DNA of 64,000 bases from a virus (lineage: Duplodnaviria; Caudoviricetes). Made by a program: the position numbers and the translations under genes. Under the pieces are notes generated by a model. It was given only the letters and a program-made list of their open reading frames with translations. It searched no databases and had not been told where the DNA came from. The stretch is from positions 1 through 64,000 of the IMG/VR virus record IMGVR_UViG_3300038345_000094; one strand, written 5' to 3'. The stretch's first letter is position 1. The number at the start of each line of letters is the position of its first letter. This document shows, in pieces, positions 10,132 to 19,624 of the stretch.

Positions 10132-10140
10132 CGACATTAA

Positions 10141-10341
10141 TTAATAGCGCTTTTCGCCATATTCGCCATCGTGGCGCTCACCGTAATAACGCTTGGCTTC
10201 TTTCATTGCCGCACGATATCCATCTTCATATCCGCAATCGTAGCCTTCCTCAAAAGACTCGTCTCTGCGGCTCATACCGCCTTTACGGCCATACCTGTAA
10301 TCGCTCTTTGGTTTAGTTTCTCTTAATTCCCACATACTCAT
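10141..10341 (-). CDS. Small charged Tyr/Gly-rich hypothetical protein
   Basis: 66 aa, EEGYDCGYEDGY, YGER/YGEK repeats. Confidence 0.55.
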   Translation of the reverse strand: MSMWELRETKPKSDYRYGRKGGMSRRDESFEEGYDCGYEDGYRAAMKEAKRYYGERHDGEYGEKRY

Positions 10342-10868
10342 ATTAATTGTTCTTTATCTCTTAATTTTTCTATAAACAGCCTGTTGGCGTCTTTGAGCTC
10401 AATCAATACTTTTGATATATCAGACATCTGTGTCTTTAGATCGTCAATCTCTTTCCGTTGTGCTTGCTTTTCCGCGAGCTCTGGATTTAATTGAGACAAT
10501 ACGTCTTCACACACTTTTATGAAATCCTGATGATACCCTACGCTGTTTATTACTTCTTCGCTTTTCTGTTTTAAGCTGAGGATCTCGGCATTCATTGCCT
10601 CTCTATTATCCGAAATTACGATATTCTCCCCATCTGCATATAAATCAGCTATATCCAAATTTGCGGGAATATTCGTATAATTGCTGTTTAAGTTGTTTAC
10701 CTTTATCGTTAAATCAACAACAGTGTCTTTGTTTTGCGGAAAAGTAGTCGGCAATGGATATTTTTGTCTTATAACAGGTTGATTAACAACGTAACCAATA
10801 TCCAACCTGGGAGATTCTCCTTTGTGAAAAATATAAATCTGGCTATTCGGCCTAACAGACTGAAACAT
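10338..10868 (-). CDS. Hypothetical protein with C-terminal coiled coil
   Basis: 176-aa ORF, overlapping operon arrangement. Confidence 0.6.
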   Translation of the reverse strand: MFQSVRPNSQIYIFHKGESPRLDIGYVVNQPVIRQKYPLPTTFPQNKDTVVDLTIKVNNLNSNYTNIPANLDIADLYADGENIVISDNREAMNAEILSLKQKSEEVINSVGYHQDFIKVCEDVLSQLNPELAEKQAQRKEIDDLKTQMSDISKVLIELKDANRLFIEKLRDKEQLI

Positions 10869-10871
10869 AAT

Positions 10872-11201
10872 TTAATCTATTAATTGTAATATATTGGCAT
10901 ATCTGTCGTAATAAACGATATAGACACCAGGGGTGCTGACATCCGCAACCGTAAGATTTGCACCACCAGCTACTGTAACATTACTTGTATTACCAGCCAT
11001 AACGAAACGAATTGGCAATGTTTCAGTAGTTCCAGTAGGAATTTCTTCCGATAAATAAATCAGAAGAAGTCCGCGAAATGGATTCTGATCCCAGTCTGGG
11101 TTGAACCCGAAATCAACGCTGGTGTCACTAACAGTAATTCTACGAGATTGCAGTGTCGGTATGCCATTGATATTCACATATTGCATCGGAAATCTTGCCA
11201 T
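10872..11201 (-). CDS. Hypothetical beta-rich protein
   Basis: 109-aa ORF in same operon. Confidence 0.6.
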   Translation of the reverse strand: MARFPMQYVNINGIPTLQSRRITVSDTSVDFGFNPDWDQNPFRGLLLIYLSEEIPTGTTETLPIRFVMAGNTSNVTVAGGANLTVADVSTPGVYIVYYDRYANILQLID

Positions 11202-11216
11202 ACCTATATCAATTTA

Positions 11217-12143
11217 TTAACCCCAGTAAGAACCGCCCCAAGCGTTCCCATAACCATACCCGTTAAATCCGTAGGACATATAAGGTGTGGTGTTGACAGC
11301 CGTGAGATTAGGCCACTGAACCGGAACCGTATTCGGCTGCTTGTTCTCTATTTCGACAAGCTTTGTCGCAATAGGAGAAAGCATGGCGCTGAATTGGGCT
11401 GTCTGACGAGCCTCACCAAGAGCAGTCTTTAAAGTACCGTTCTCAGTAAGCAGGCTGTCAATCTTACCCTGTAGCTCGCGCTCCTTGATGGCGCAGAAGC
11501 CATCATTCATCGCAACAGTCTGAGCATTGATGGCAGAAAGAATCGCATTGGAGTTACGATCGGCCTGAGAACCTAATTGGTTCGTCTGCTCGATAGTAGC
11601 TATGCGAGACTCATAACCTTGCTGAGTTGTAAGAAGACGATTCTCGCAGCAACACTGAGAAAGCTGTGCCGCTAATGCAGAATTACCAGACTGGATAGAA
11701 TTGATAATCTGCAGGCCGCTCATGCCAGTCTGTGCAGAGAGTGCAGCGACAGCAGAATTAACGGTATTGATGCCAGTCTTAAGAGACTCGACGTCAACAT
11801 TCAGATTAGTCGCAAGAGCACGAACGTCAGCGTCAGTGCCATTAATAGCCTGAAGCACGAGGTCGCGAGTAGAGTTGTCAGATATTTGATTTGAAAGGAA
11901 ACCAGCATTGCCAGCGTTGTTCCCACCAAAACCAAAGCCTCCGCCATTCCAACCAAAGATTGAGGCGACGATAGCTAAAGCGATAAGCTCACCAATAGTG
12001 TTACCACCAAGGCCAAAACCATTCGCTCCATTACCAGCAAGCATACCCATTAAGGCGCCGGTATCAAAACCACCACGATTGCCATAAGGCACATCGCTGT
12101 TAAATACATAAGTTTTACTTGTCTCTTCCATATTAATTTCCAT
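11217..12143 (-). CDS. Gly/Asn-rich membrane-anchored coiled-coil protein with CCCE motif
   Basis: Hydrophobic LIALAIVASIFGW, GFG repeats, QLSQCCCENRL. Confidence 0.65.
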   Translation of the reverse strand: MEINMEETSKTYVFNSDVPYGNRGGFDTGALMGMLAGNGANGFGLGGNTIGELIALAIVASIFGWNGGGFGFGGNNAGNAGFLSNQISDNSTRDLVLQAINGTDADVRALATNLNVDVESLKTGINTVNSAVAALSAQTGMSGLQIINSIQSGNSALAAQLSQCCCENRLLTTQQGYESRIATIEQTNQLGSQADRNSNAILSAINAQTVAMNDGFCAIKERELQGKIDSLLTENGTLKTALGEARQTAQFSAMLSPIATKLVEIENKQPNTVPVQWPNLTAVNTTPYMSYGFNGYGYGNAWGGSYWG

Positions 12144-12164
12144 TTATTTTTGTAACGTTACGAG

Positions 12165-12198
12165 CGCAAAGATAAGTAAAAAATTCGAGAAAAGACAA
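12165..12198 (-). promoter_or_regulatory. Bacteroidota-type promoter
   Basis: Minus strand TTG...TATCTTTGCG. Confidence 0.65.
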
Positions 12199-12213
12199 CA
12201 ATGCTAAATAAAC

Positions 12214-12248
12214 AAAAAACCCCGCCTAGACAAACGCCTAGACGGGGA
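12214..12248 (-). terminator. Rho-independent terminator
   Basis: CCCCG.CTAG...CTAG.CGGGG stem with T-run on minus strand. Confidence 0.55.
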
Positions 12249-12263
12249 GATAATAGTAATGAA

Positions 12264-12551
12264 TTATATTATAAGGTCTCGTTTATACCACCGGAGCTCC
12301 TTAAATCCGGCAACTTTCTGACCTTTTGGGAGCCTACCTTCTCTTACCAAATTGTCGAATTTGGCTCTACTCATATTAAGATATGTATATGCTTGATACT
12401 TACTTAATGGAACATCTTTACGCGAATACTCCTTTAGCTTATTGATGACTTCCTGTATTTCTTCTTCTGACATGTTTGAATTTCCGGCATCAATGTCATC
12501 AATCAACTTCTGCATCAGGTTCTTCAGTACTGTCATCAATATTGTGCTCAT
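12264..12551 (-). CDS. Excisionase/AlpA-like winged HTH DNA-binding protein
   Basis: LSKYQAYTYLNMSRAKFDNLVREGRLPKG...LRWYKRDL. Confidence 0.65.
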   Translation of the reverse strand: MSTILMTVLKNLMQKLIDDIDAGNSNMSEEEIQEVINKLKEYSRKDVPLSKYQAYTYLNMSRAKFDNLVREGRLPKGQKVAGFKELRWYKRDLII

Positions 12552-12861
12552 CTATGTTTTCGTTATAATGTTTTTCTTGAAGTCCATATCCGGCCAATAT
12601 CATTGATAATGTAGCAACTTGTTTCCTAAGATCATTGACTTCTTGCTCGAGTTTTGCGCTTCTCTTTAAAGCATCGTCCAGCCTCGCCTTATTGTCATCG
12701 CTTAACTGTTTATAGAACTCAAGAGATTCTTTCATGTTAGCAATGACGTTGTTATCGACCTCGCTGGCGTATTTCTTCCGTGCAAGAAGCCAAGTTATGA
12801 TAGGACCAACAATTGTAGTAATAGAAGTAATAATAGAATAAGTTAAGGTACTATCTTCCAT
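12499..12861 (-). CDS. Putative holin-like membrane protein
   Basis: Single N-terminal TM helix followed by coiled coil; lysis-gene context. Confidence 0.45.
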   Translation of the reverse strand: MEDSTLTYSIITSITTIVGPIITWLLARKKYASEVDNNVIANMKESLEFYKQLSDDNKARLDDALKRSAKLEQEVNDLRKQVATLSMILAGYGLQEKHYNENIDEHNIDDSTEEPDAEVD

Positions 12862-12862
12862 A

Positions 12863-13471
12863 TTAATCTATGACTTCAATGAAGCGTGACTGCTCGCTCT
12901 TTATGTAAGGGTTCTTTTCAATCACTTGCACATCAACTACGGTGTGTTTCTTCTGGAATAACCTCGCTAAGAAACATTTCTTAGGTGGGTCTATAGTCTC
13001 GCGTTTCTTCGAGGCTATAATATACTTCTCGCTAGGCACCGAAACACCAACGCTTAAAGTATCTGGATAAGCCAAATGGAAATCAATATTATACCACGGA
13101 CAAGTAAAAGCCGTATCTAACGACACTCCTTCACGAATAAACAAAGTATCGCGAAGTTTCAACGTATCGTGTATTTCGACTACAGAAGAGACGTATGACA
13201 AGCTCTTAATCTTCTTATCGAGAATCTTATTCTCCTTACGAACCTTGTTGAGTTCTTGCACGATTGAATCTCTACTGTAGTTGAGCTCATCAATAGTTAG
13301 TTCAAATCTACGATTTTGATTTACAGTTGAGTCATATAACTGCTCGTATGCTTTTATGTTATTTCTCGCGTCTGAGTAGCGGTTTCTCAGATTGCGATAG
13401 TCACTAATAAAGTAACAAAGCATAGAAACCGCTACCAGAGCTGTGAGAAAGATGATTATATATTTCTTCAT
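12863..13471 (-). CDS. Membrane-anchored coiled-coil protein (spanin-like)
   Basis: N-terminal hydrophobic anchor, coiled coil, DT-rich beta region. Confidence 0.5.
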   Translation of the reverse strand: MKKYIIIFLTALVAVSMLCYFISDYRNLRNRYSDARNNIKAYEQLYDSTVNQNRRFELTIDELNYSRDSIVQELNKVRKENKILDKKIKSLSYVSSVVEIHDTLKLRDTLFIREGVSLDTAFTCPWYNIDFHLAYPDTLSVGVSVPSEKYIIASKKRETIDPPKKCFLARLFQKKHTVVDVQVIEKNPYIKSEQSRFIEVID

Positions 13472-13474
13472 ATA

Positions 13475-16400
13475 TTAATCACATAAACGAATGACGTACC
13501 AGTCGCCGCCAGCGAAAAACACGTGATAATATGTACCATTCCGTAATATCCATCTGACGTTATTCTGAGAGACAGACCCACTCTGAATAGAAATTATCTT
13601 ATTCCCAGAACCAGGAGCAACATTAAGCACCTTATCATTTACAGCGTTGTCTTGAACAAGGAAGTCATAGAAGATTCCGTTGCCAATATCTGAGCTATAT
13701 TGAGAGGCTGGTACATTTGGCAGATAAACATTTGCATTCGAACCACCGCCAGTAAGAAGGTATGTCGTACCAGAATCTTCAGCGAGACAGTTATAAGACG
13801 CATAATTCACGCGAACAATTGGTTTACTATACCGAATCTTACTGAGACCAGCACTAATCGAACCATTAATAACGACATTCCCATTAACCTCTAAAGCCGT
13901 TGCGGAATTTGTCGCACTAACATATAATGCTGGCTCTGGATGAGACGTGCTTTGTCTATCGTAAGTAATCTCAACGAAGCCGTGCTGATTATCGTCCGCG
14001 ATATCAAAGATACCAGTACTATTTACTCGACCGCCAGTTCCAGCGACAGGACGCTTATTAGAAACAGAGAAGTCGCTTGGCGACATATTGATTGAAGACT
14101 CTGCACCAGTATCAGTATTCACGTAATCTCCGTGTAAATAATCCTGATTAATGACAAGAGGACCAATCGAACCACTACCGGCCGTGATTCTACCAGAAAT
14201 ATCGGCACCAGTTGCGACTAAATCATGAGCAACGACATGACCGTCTTCATAGACCTGGAATGTCGCGCCATCAATACCAGCAGGCTGAATTCCATCGGTC
14301 ATACCAGAAGCAATCATAATCTTGCCGTGAGCATCACTTGTAGCGTGAATATCATCGCCACCATTGATCATCGCAACAATATCACGATTCTCATCATAAA
14401 TGCCAAGATAACCAGTCAGAATTGCATCATAAGAATCACTAACCTTTTCAAATAAAGACTTGATATATTCGATATCTGTATAAGTGTAGTACGCTATGAT
14501 AACCGGAGTTGTGACATCGTAAGTGCCATCCGAATACCAAACAACCTCGTAATTCCACAGATAAGGATAATCTGCATTCACAAACTGAGGAGATGCCTTC
14601 CACTGACCAGTGCCGCCAGTCGGAGGATTCGGAATTACGGGAGGATATGGATCTTGACCATCGTGTGGCTCCTTATAAGCAGAGGCATAATAGTATTCAC
14701 GAATCTGAGCAATTCCCTTGCCCGGAATAGAAACACCGATACAAACAATCGGAGTGTCCGTATAAGGTGTAGCACCGGAGTCCCAATAAGTACGCTCGAA
14801 GTTCCACAGCCACGTCTTAACAGTAACATTAGAAAGATCAGGTGCTTCATTTGTATAAGGATACCCAGTGTCTCTATCTGTTACCCTAGGAGCATCGGGG
14901 CCATCACTTGTAGCGTAAAACTCAGCAACGTGATCAATACCACGTCCATGAGAGCCATCACGAACAAAACGAGAATAAAGTGCGGCGTAATCGGTGTTGT
15001 TTGCCTGTCCTTTATATGCTTGCCAGTGGCCATCGACTTTCTTACGCCAGCAAACCCAGCAGCAAGGATGAGCAAGAGATGGTTCAAGAAGATCGTCATA
15101 CCAACCATCGGGAACGTAATCGTCGACATCCTCAGAAGTAGTAGGAACATGCGGAGCTTCATCATCGTCGGTAAGAGTAAAGATATACTCATAACCGAAA
15201 CCATCCTGTCCTCTCCAATAGCGCCAAGGAGCATAAGTACTTGGAGTTGTAGCAGATGTCGGGTTATTATCCCAATACATACCGATATAATCGCCGGGGA
15301 CAGTACCGTCATAAGACTCAGTAGCCGGATTGTATGTGAACGGATTACCATTCGGGCTGTTCGAATACTTTATGTGAAGATACGCGCCTTGACCAGCAGG
15401 GCCGGGTTGACCTTGTGGACCACGAATGACACCAGCATTGACAAAGTTGTCTTGATCCCAAACCCACATATTGCCGTTAGGATCGAGATAGAAGTCACCA
15501 ACACTCAGAGTGCCTGTCTCGTCTGTATAGGTAGAGCTCTGTGCACCACGAGTAAACTTATAAAGCTTATTATATACGCTACTATTAGTTCCTTTAGCAA
15601 TGGCATAATCAACGTTCTTTAATCCGGGATGAGAATCATAATATGTCTGAGCCGCATCGAGGCTATCAAATGTACCGAAGATAGAACCACGAGGAGTAAC
15701 ACTTGTACCATCAGTACCATCTTCGCCCTTAATCTTAATGACTATCCAGCTGTCTTGAGTATAGACGCCGCCATCATACTTACGCATTGCCATCCACACG
15801 GGATCGGCGGATTCGATTTCTGTAGGATCGTCATACCAATAGATATCGGCAGGGTCTTTACCCGGATTGGCGTCATCAGGAGATGTACGGCTCGGATACG
15901 GGAAGCCAGCAGGAAGAGTCTCCTCATCGCACCACTCATAGTCGTAACCATTCAGACCGTCTGAGATGATCTCGGGATCAGCCCAGTGCTCATCGCTTTC
16001 AGAAGGATCGGTAGAGAACATACGAGAAGTAGTCCAAATCTTACCGTTACCAGAAGGAATACCGTCGGACCAGCCATCAGGCACAGGCTCCTCATAAGAA
16101 CCAGCAGAATCAGCAGGACGAGCAGGAGTCGTATTAGAACGCATGAAGACGATGCTCTTGAAGTGAGCTGAAGGAGAAATACCATCACGACCATCCTGAC
16201 CGTTAAGACCATTCTCACCTTTAATCTTCATTATAGACCATTCGCCCCAGTAGCCGTTCTTCTTAATCCGCACAGCCATCCACTTATCTGTGGTGACGCC
16301 AGCATTATGCCAATTAGAAGGATTGGAAGAAGGAGTTCCCGGACTATCAATAGCTGAATACTCAAAGTCGATATCTGCAGTATCGGTAGCCTGAACTGGT

Positions 16401-17326
16401 TCGCTCCACTCATAGAGGACATCGAGAGACTCGTTATTAGAGAACCAGCGAGAAGACATCCAAAGGATTTCCTCACCGCCCGGAATGCCATCAGACCAGC
16501 CCGGAGGAATCGGGTCTGTATATGAACCACCCTCTGGCTTATTCGGCTTAGTGCGATTTCTGCGGAAGACAATGCTACGATATGTAGAATAAGCAGAAAC
16601 GCCATCGGAGCCCGGATCGCCCTTTTCACCCTTAGCGCCAGCAGGACCAGTAATTGACTCTAATGAGAGAAGTCGCTGGTAGGTAGTACCGTTGTTGTAA
16701 GAAACTTCGATATAGCCGTCATAAACACGGAGTAACGGGGTAACACCACCGCTACCGCCTTCACCACCGACTTGGCCGACGATAGTATAACTATTACCAC
16801 CATCGCGAGAGATGCTGAGCATATTATCAGCAATCCTAAGCTGTAAGTCGTTCAGATCGGCATTCTGCCCAGCAGGGCCTTGAGCACCAGGAGCACCAGC
16901 AGGACCTTGTAATTCGGCCTTAGAAATCAGTCGTGTCCAAGTAACACCATCGTTGGAATACTCGATCCAGCCATTATTAACACGCATATAAATCGTGCCA
17001 CTGCTAGAACCGCCACCGCCGATAAGACTAATGAGATCGGTAAGCTTAACGGCATTACCATTATACAGGAACGAAGTAGAGCCATCAGCATTGACTTGCA
17101 TAGCATTGCGGCGATTGGAATCAGATGTACCAACGCCAACAGAGAAGAGTTGACCCTCGTTTGGTTTATTATACTTACCAGAAGATAACTCGCCTTCGTT
17201 TGATGCAATAGTACCGTGACCTGTGGCTAAACTATAGTCACCAGATGCAACGTTACTTGCTTTCTTTTGGAGTGCAGAGTTGCACCCTTCGCCTTCAATG
17301 AAAGGCGTACAGCAATTATCACACAT
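13475..17326 (-). CDS. Long tail fibre with collagen-like repeats
   Basis: GPAGAPGAQGPAG, GEKGDPG, GQDGRDG; duplicated SIVF.R...P.GWSDGIP.G domains. Confidence 0.75.
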   Translation of the reverse strand: MCDNCCTPFIEGEGCNSALQKKASNVASGDYSLATGHGTIASNEGELSSGKYNKPNEGQLFSVGVGTSDSNRRNAMQVNADGSTSFLYNGNAVKLTDLISLIGGGGSSSGTIYMRVNNGWIEYSNDGVTWTRLISKAELQGPAGAPGAQGPAGQNADLNDLQLRIADNMLSISRDGGNSYTIVGQVGGEGGSGGVTPLLRVYDGYIEVSYNNGTTYQRLLSLESITGPAGAKGEKGDPGSDGVSAYSTYRSIVFRRNRTKPNKPEGGSYTDPIPPGWSDGIPGGEEILWMSSRWFSNNESLDVLYEWSEPVQATDTADIDFEYSAIDSPGTPSSNPSNWHNAGVTTDKWMAVRIKKNGYWGEWSIMKIKGENGLNGQDGRDGISPSAHFKSIVFMRSNTTPARPADSAGSYEEPVPDGWSDGIPSGNGKIWTTSRMFSTDPSESDEHWADPEIISDGLNGYDYEWCDEETLPAGFPYPSRTSPDDANPGKDPADIYWYDDPTEIESADPVWMAMRKYDGGVYTQDSWIVIKIKGEDGTDGTSVTPRGSIFGTFDSLDAAQTYYDSHPGLKNVDYAIAKGTNSSVYNKLYKFTRGAQSSTYTDETGTLSVGDFYLDPNGNMWVWDQDNFVNAGVIRGPQGQPGPAGQGAYLHIKYSNSPNGNPFTYNPATESYDGTVPGDYIGMYWDNNPTSATTPSTYAPWRYWRGQDGFGYEYIFTLTDDDEAPHVPTTSEDVDDYVPDGWYDDLLEPSLAHPCCWVCWRKKVDGHWQAYKGQANNTDYAALYSRFVRDGSHGRGIDHVAEFYATSDGPDAPRVTDRDTGYPYTNEAPDLSNVTVKTWLWNFERTYWDSGATPYTDTPIVCIGVSIPGKGIAQIREYYYASAYKEPHDGQDPYPPVIPNPPTGGTGQWKASPQFVNADYPYLWNYEVVWYSDGTYDVTTPVIIAYYTYTDIEYIKSLFEKVSDSYDAILTGYLGIYDENRDIVAMINGGDDIHATSDAHGKIMIASGMTDGIQPAGIDGATFQVYEDGHVVAHDLVATGADISGRITAGSGSIGPLVINQDYLHGDYVNTDTGAESSINMSPSDFSVSNKRPVAGTGGRVNSTGIFDIADDNQHGFVEITYDRQSTSHPEPALYVSATNSATALEVNGNVVINGSISAGLSKIRYSKPIVRVNYASYNCLAEDSGTTYLLTGGGSNANVYLPNVPASQYSSDIGNGIFYDFLVQDNAVNDKVLNVAPGSGNKIISIQSGSVSQNNVRWILRNGTYYHVFFAGGDWYVIRLCD

Positions 17327-17333
17327 ATTTTAC

Positions 17334-19619
17334 TTAACTATTAATTGCATTTATTATCTGTTGCAGCGTATAATAATTACCATCGCCGCTATTATAAAAT
17401 CTGATTGTACCGTCTGTTAAGACTTCAATCGCATTTTTCCTATGCTGTTCGTCAGTACCTACACCAATAGAGAAGATAACATTCACTTTAGACTCATTAT
17501 ATTGTCCGCAAACGAATGCGCCGTCTTGATCATCAGCACGGTTGCCAAGACCAGTTACAAAAGCATCACTTGCGTCAGCGACACATTCTTCACCGAATAC
17601 GAAAGTATTATCACCACTTGCGCCTGAACCGCTACCACCAGCAAAACTATTCTCACCAGAAGCCTGATTATATTGTCCACAAGCAAAGGATGCGAATCCA
17701 CTCGCTTCACTACCTAATCCTGCAGCATGAGAGTTAGGACCGCTTGCTATAGTGCTATTCCCTTCTGCATGAGAACAGTTACCGCTTGCTGTCGAACCGG
17801 CTCCTTCTGCATGAGATTTATCTCCACTCGCAACGCAATTGAGTCCTTCCGCGTGAGAATAATCGCCATATGCACCAGATACTATCACGAAGAAGCTACC
17901 GTCATCTTCATATCCGCCCTCAATAAAAGGATCTTTCTCGAAGTAAAAAGTATAAACACCACCACCGCTTGTCGTAACTTGTGTTATTCTTGTATACGTG
18001 TAATTAATGTATACTAATTTACCAGCAAGTTCATTAACGTCATTCTCGATATTCAACTCATCTCGAGGAATAACGTATGTAGCCTCAACGGATTTTGTTA
18101 AATCGTCATACGACCCATTGGTATATGTAATCTCAACTTCATTGTATTCAGAAGCACCTTCAGCGTGAGAATATTTGCCAAGAGCAAAATTACCACCTTC
18201 AGCGTGAGATCCATCTCCGCCAGCGACCGCACCTTCGTATTTATCGTCAGCGTAACCTTCCGCATGAGACCCAACACCTAATGCGATTGTTCTAGATCCT
18301 TCGGCATGAGACTCATCGCCAAGTGCATCAGTAAGATAACCCTCAGAGTGAGAACCGTAGCCAATAGCTTGCGTGTCATCACCAAAGGCTTGAGATCTTT
18401 CGCCAAGTGCATAGACGTTATGACCTATTGCAATTGCTTCCTGAGCTGGTGCAGTTGCGCCATAGCCAAGACTGACACTTTTCAGGTCCTCGTTGGTTCT
18501 AAGTAATTCTGTTTTTACATAACCCCTAAGATTCGGGATGTTAACTTCACCAGAAGTAAATACCTCTAATGCATTCTCTCTATTTGAATCACTTGTACCA
18601 ATACCGACAGAAAATATCTGGTTGTTGTTTAACTTGTTATATTTACCAAATGCACTTTCTGCTTCGTTCGTGATAACCGTATAGTAATTGGCAACAAAGC
18701 CATAACGACCGTTTGCTTGAGTTTGATAACCAGTAGAGAAGGTGAATTTCTCGTTACTGTTTGCGTAAAATCCTAACGCAACAGAGTTATCGCCAAGAGC
18801 ATTGCAAGCCCAGCCTCCGGCAATTGAATAATTGCCAACTGCTTTAGATCTATGTCCAAAAACAAAAGACCCCTTACCTAAAGCTTCCCCATCTGATCCA
18901 ATGACAAGCGTGTTCTCTCCAGATGCTTTAGTCCCAGAGCCAAACGCTACTCCGCACTTCCCAGATGCTACAGAGTCAATACCCGATGTGAGAGAGAAAT
19001 CACCGCTGGACACATTATCTAAGCCCATTGCAACAGAATTGTCGCCAGAAGCAGAAGACCCACCTGGGAGCTCTGCAGAATATTCTCCGCTACCAGAATT
19101 CCAAATCTTTTCAGCCTGTGGAATATTCAGTTTCGGTATGTTAACATTACCAACAGCATCAATCTCAATTGCATTAAGTCTGTTTTCCTCACTATCGCCA
19201 ACGCCAATGACAAATAAAGCATTTGTGTCGATATTATTATATCGTCCTAATACAGTCTGATACGGCTTATCTGCGATCAAACCAGAACCTATGGCGACGG
19301 AATGATCCGCCAATGCTTTAGATTGATGACCAGCAGAGAATGCAAAAGCGCCTTTAGCAATATTGCTTGCCTCACGCATCGCCGCAGAAGCCTTCCCTTC
19401 TTCTCTTACAAAAGGAGAACCACAGCAGCAGCATTCCGTCGTATCTGTTTTATAGGAGCCCCATATAAGAGGCTCCCATTTATTCTTTATCCAAATCTCG
19501 GCAATCATCGCCGATTGGATGTCATTTCGTTTTTCGTGATGAATCCAAATAACGTCCTTGCTTTCAGGCGCATCTTCTCCACGATAAACAAATGAATATA
19601 TGTTTCTATGTAAAGGCAT
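17334..19619 (-). CDS. YadA-head-like trimeric fibre/adhesin
   Basis: Many ~14-aa A.G..SHAEG repeats and neck motifs (FSVGIGTSDSNRENALEV). Confidence 0.75.
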   Translation of the reverse strand: MPLHRNIYSFVYRGEDAPESKDVIWIHHEKRNDIQSAMIAEIWIKNKWEPLIWGSYKTDTTECCCCGSPFVREEGKASAAMREASNIAKGAFAFSAGHQSKALADHSVAIGSGLIADKPYQTVLGRYNNIDTNALFVIGVGDSEENRLNAIEIDAVGNVNIPKLNIPQAEKIWNSGSGEYSAELPGGSSASGDNSVAMGLDNVSSGDFSLTSGIDSVASGKCGVAFGSGTKASGENTLVIGSDGEALGKGSFVFGHRSKAVGNYSIAGGWACNALGDNSVALGFYANSNEKFTFSTGYQTQANGRYGFVANYYTVITNEAESAFGKYNKLNNNQIFSVGIGTSDSNRENALEVFTSGEVNIPNLRGYVKTELLRTNEDLKSVSLGYGATAPAQEAIAIGHNVYALGERSQAFGDDTQAIGYGSHSEGYLTDALGDESHAEGSRTIALGVGSHAEGYADDKYEGAVAGGDGSHAEGGNFALGKYSHAEGASEYNEVEITYTNGSYDDLTKSVEATYVIPRDELNIENDVNELAGKLVYINYTYTRITQVTTSGGGVYTFYFEKDPFIEGGYEDDGSFFVIVSGAYGDYSHAEGLNCVASGDKSHAEGAGSTASGNCSHAEGNSTIASGPNSHAAGLGSEASGFASFACGQYNQASGENSFAGGSGSGASGDNTFVFGEECVADASDAFVTGLGNRADDQDGAFVCGQYNESKVNVIFSIGVGTDEQHRKNAIEVLTDGTIRFYNSGDGNYYTLQQIINAINS

Positions 19620-19624
19620 ATTTA

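Noticed and set aside
4962-19619. Diversity-generating retroelement acting on fibres
   Set aside because: No reverse transcriptase or TR/VR pair seen in this window.
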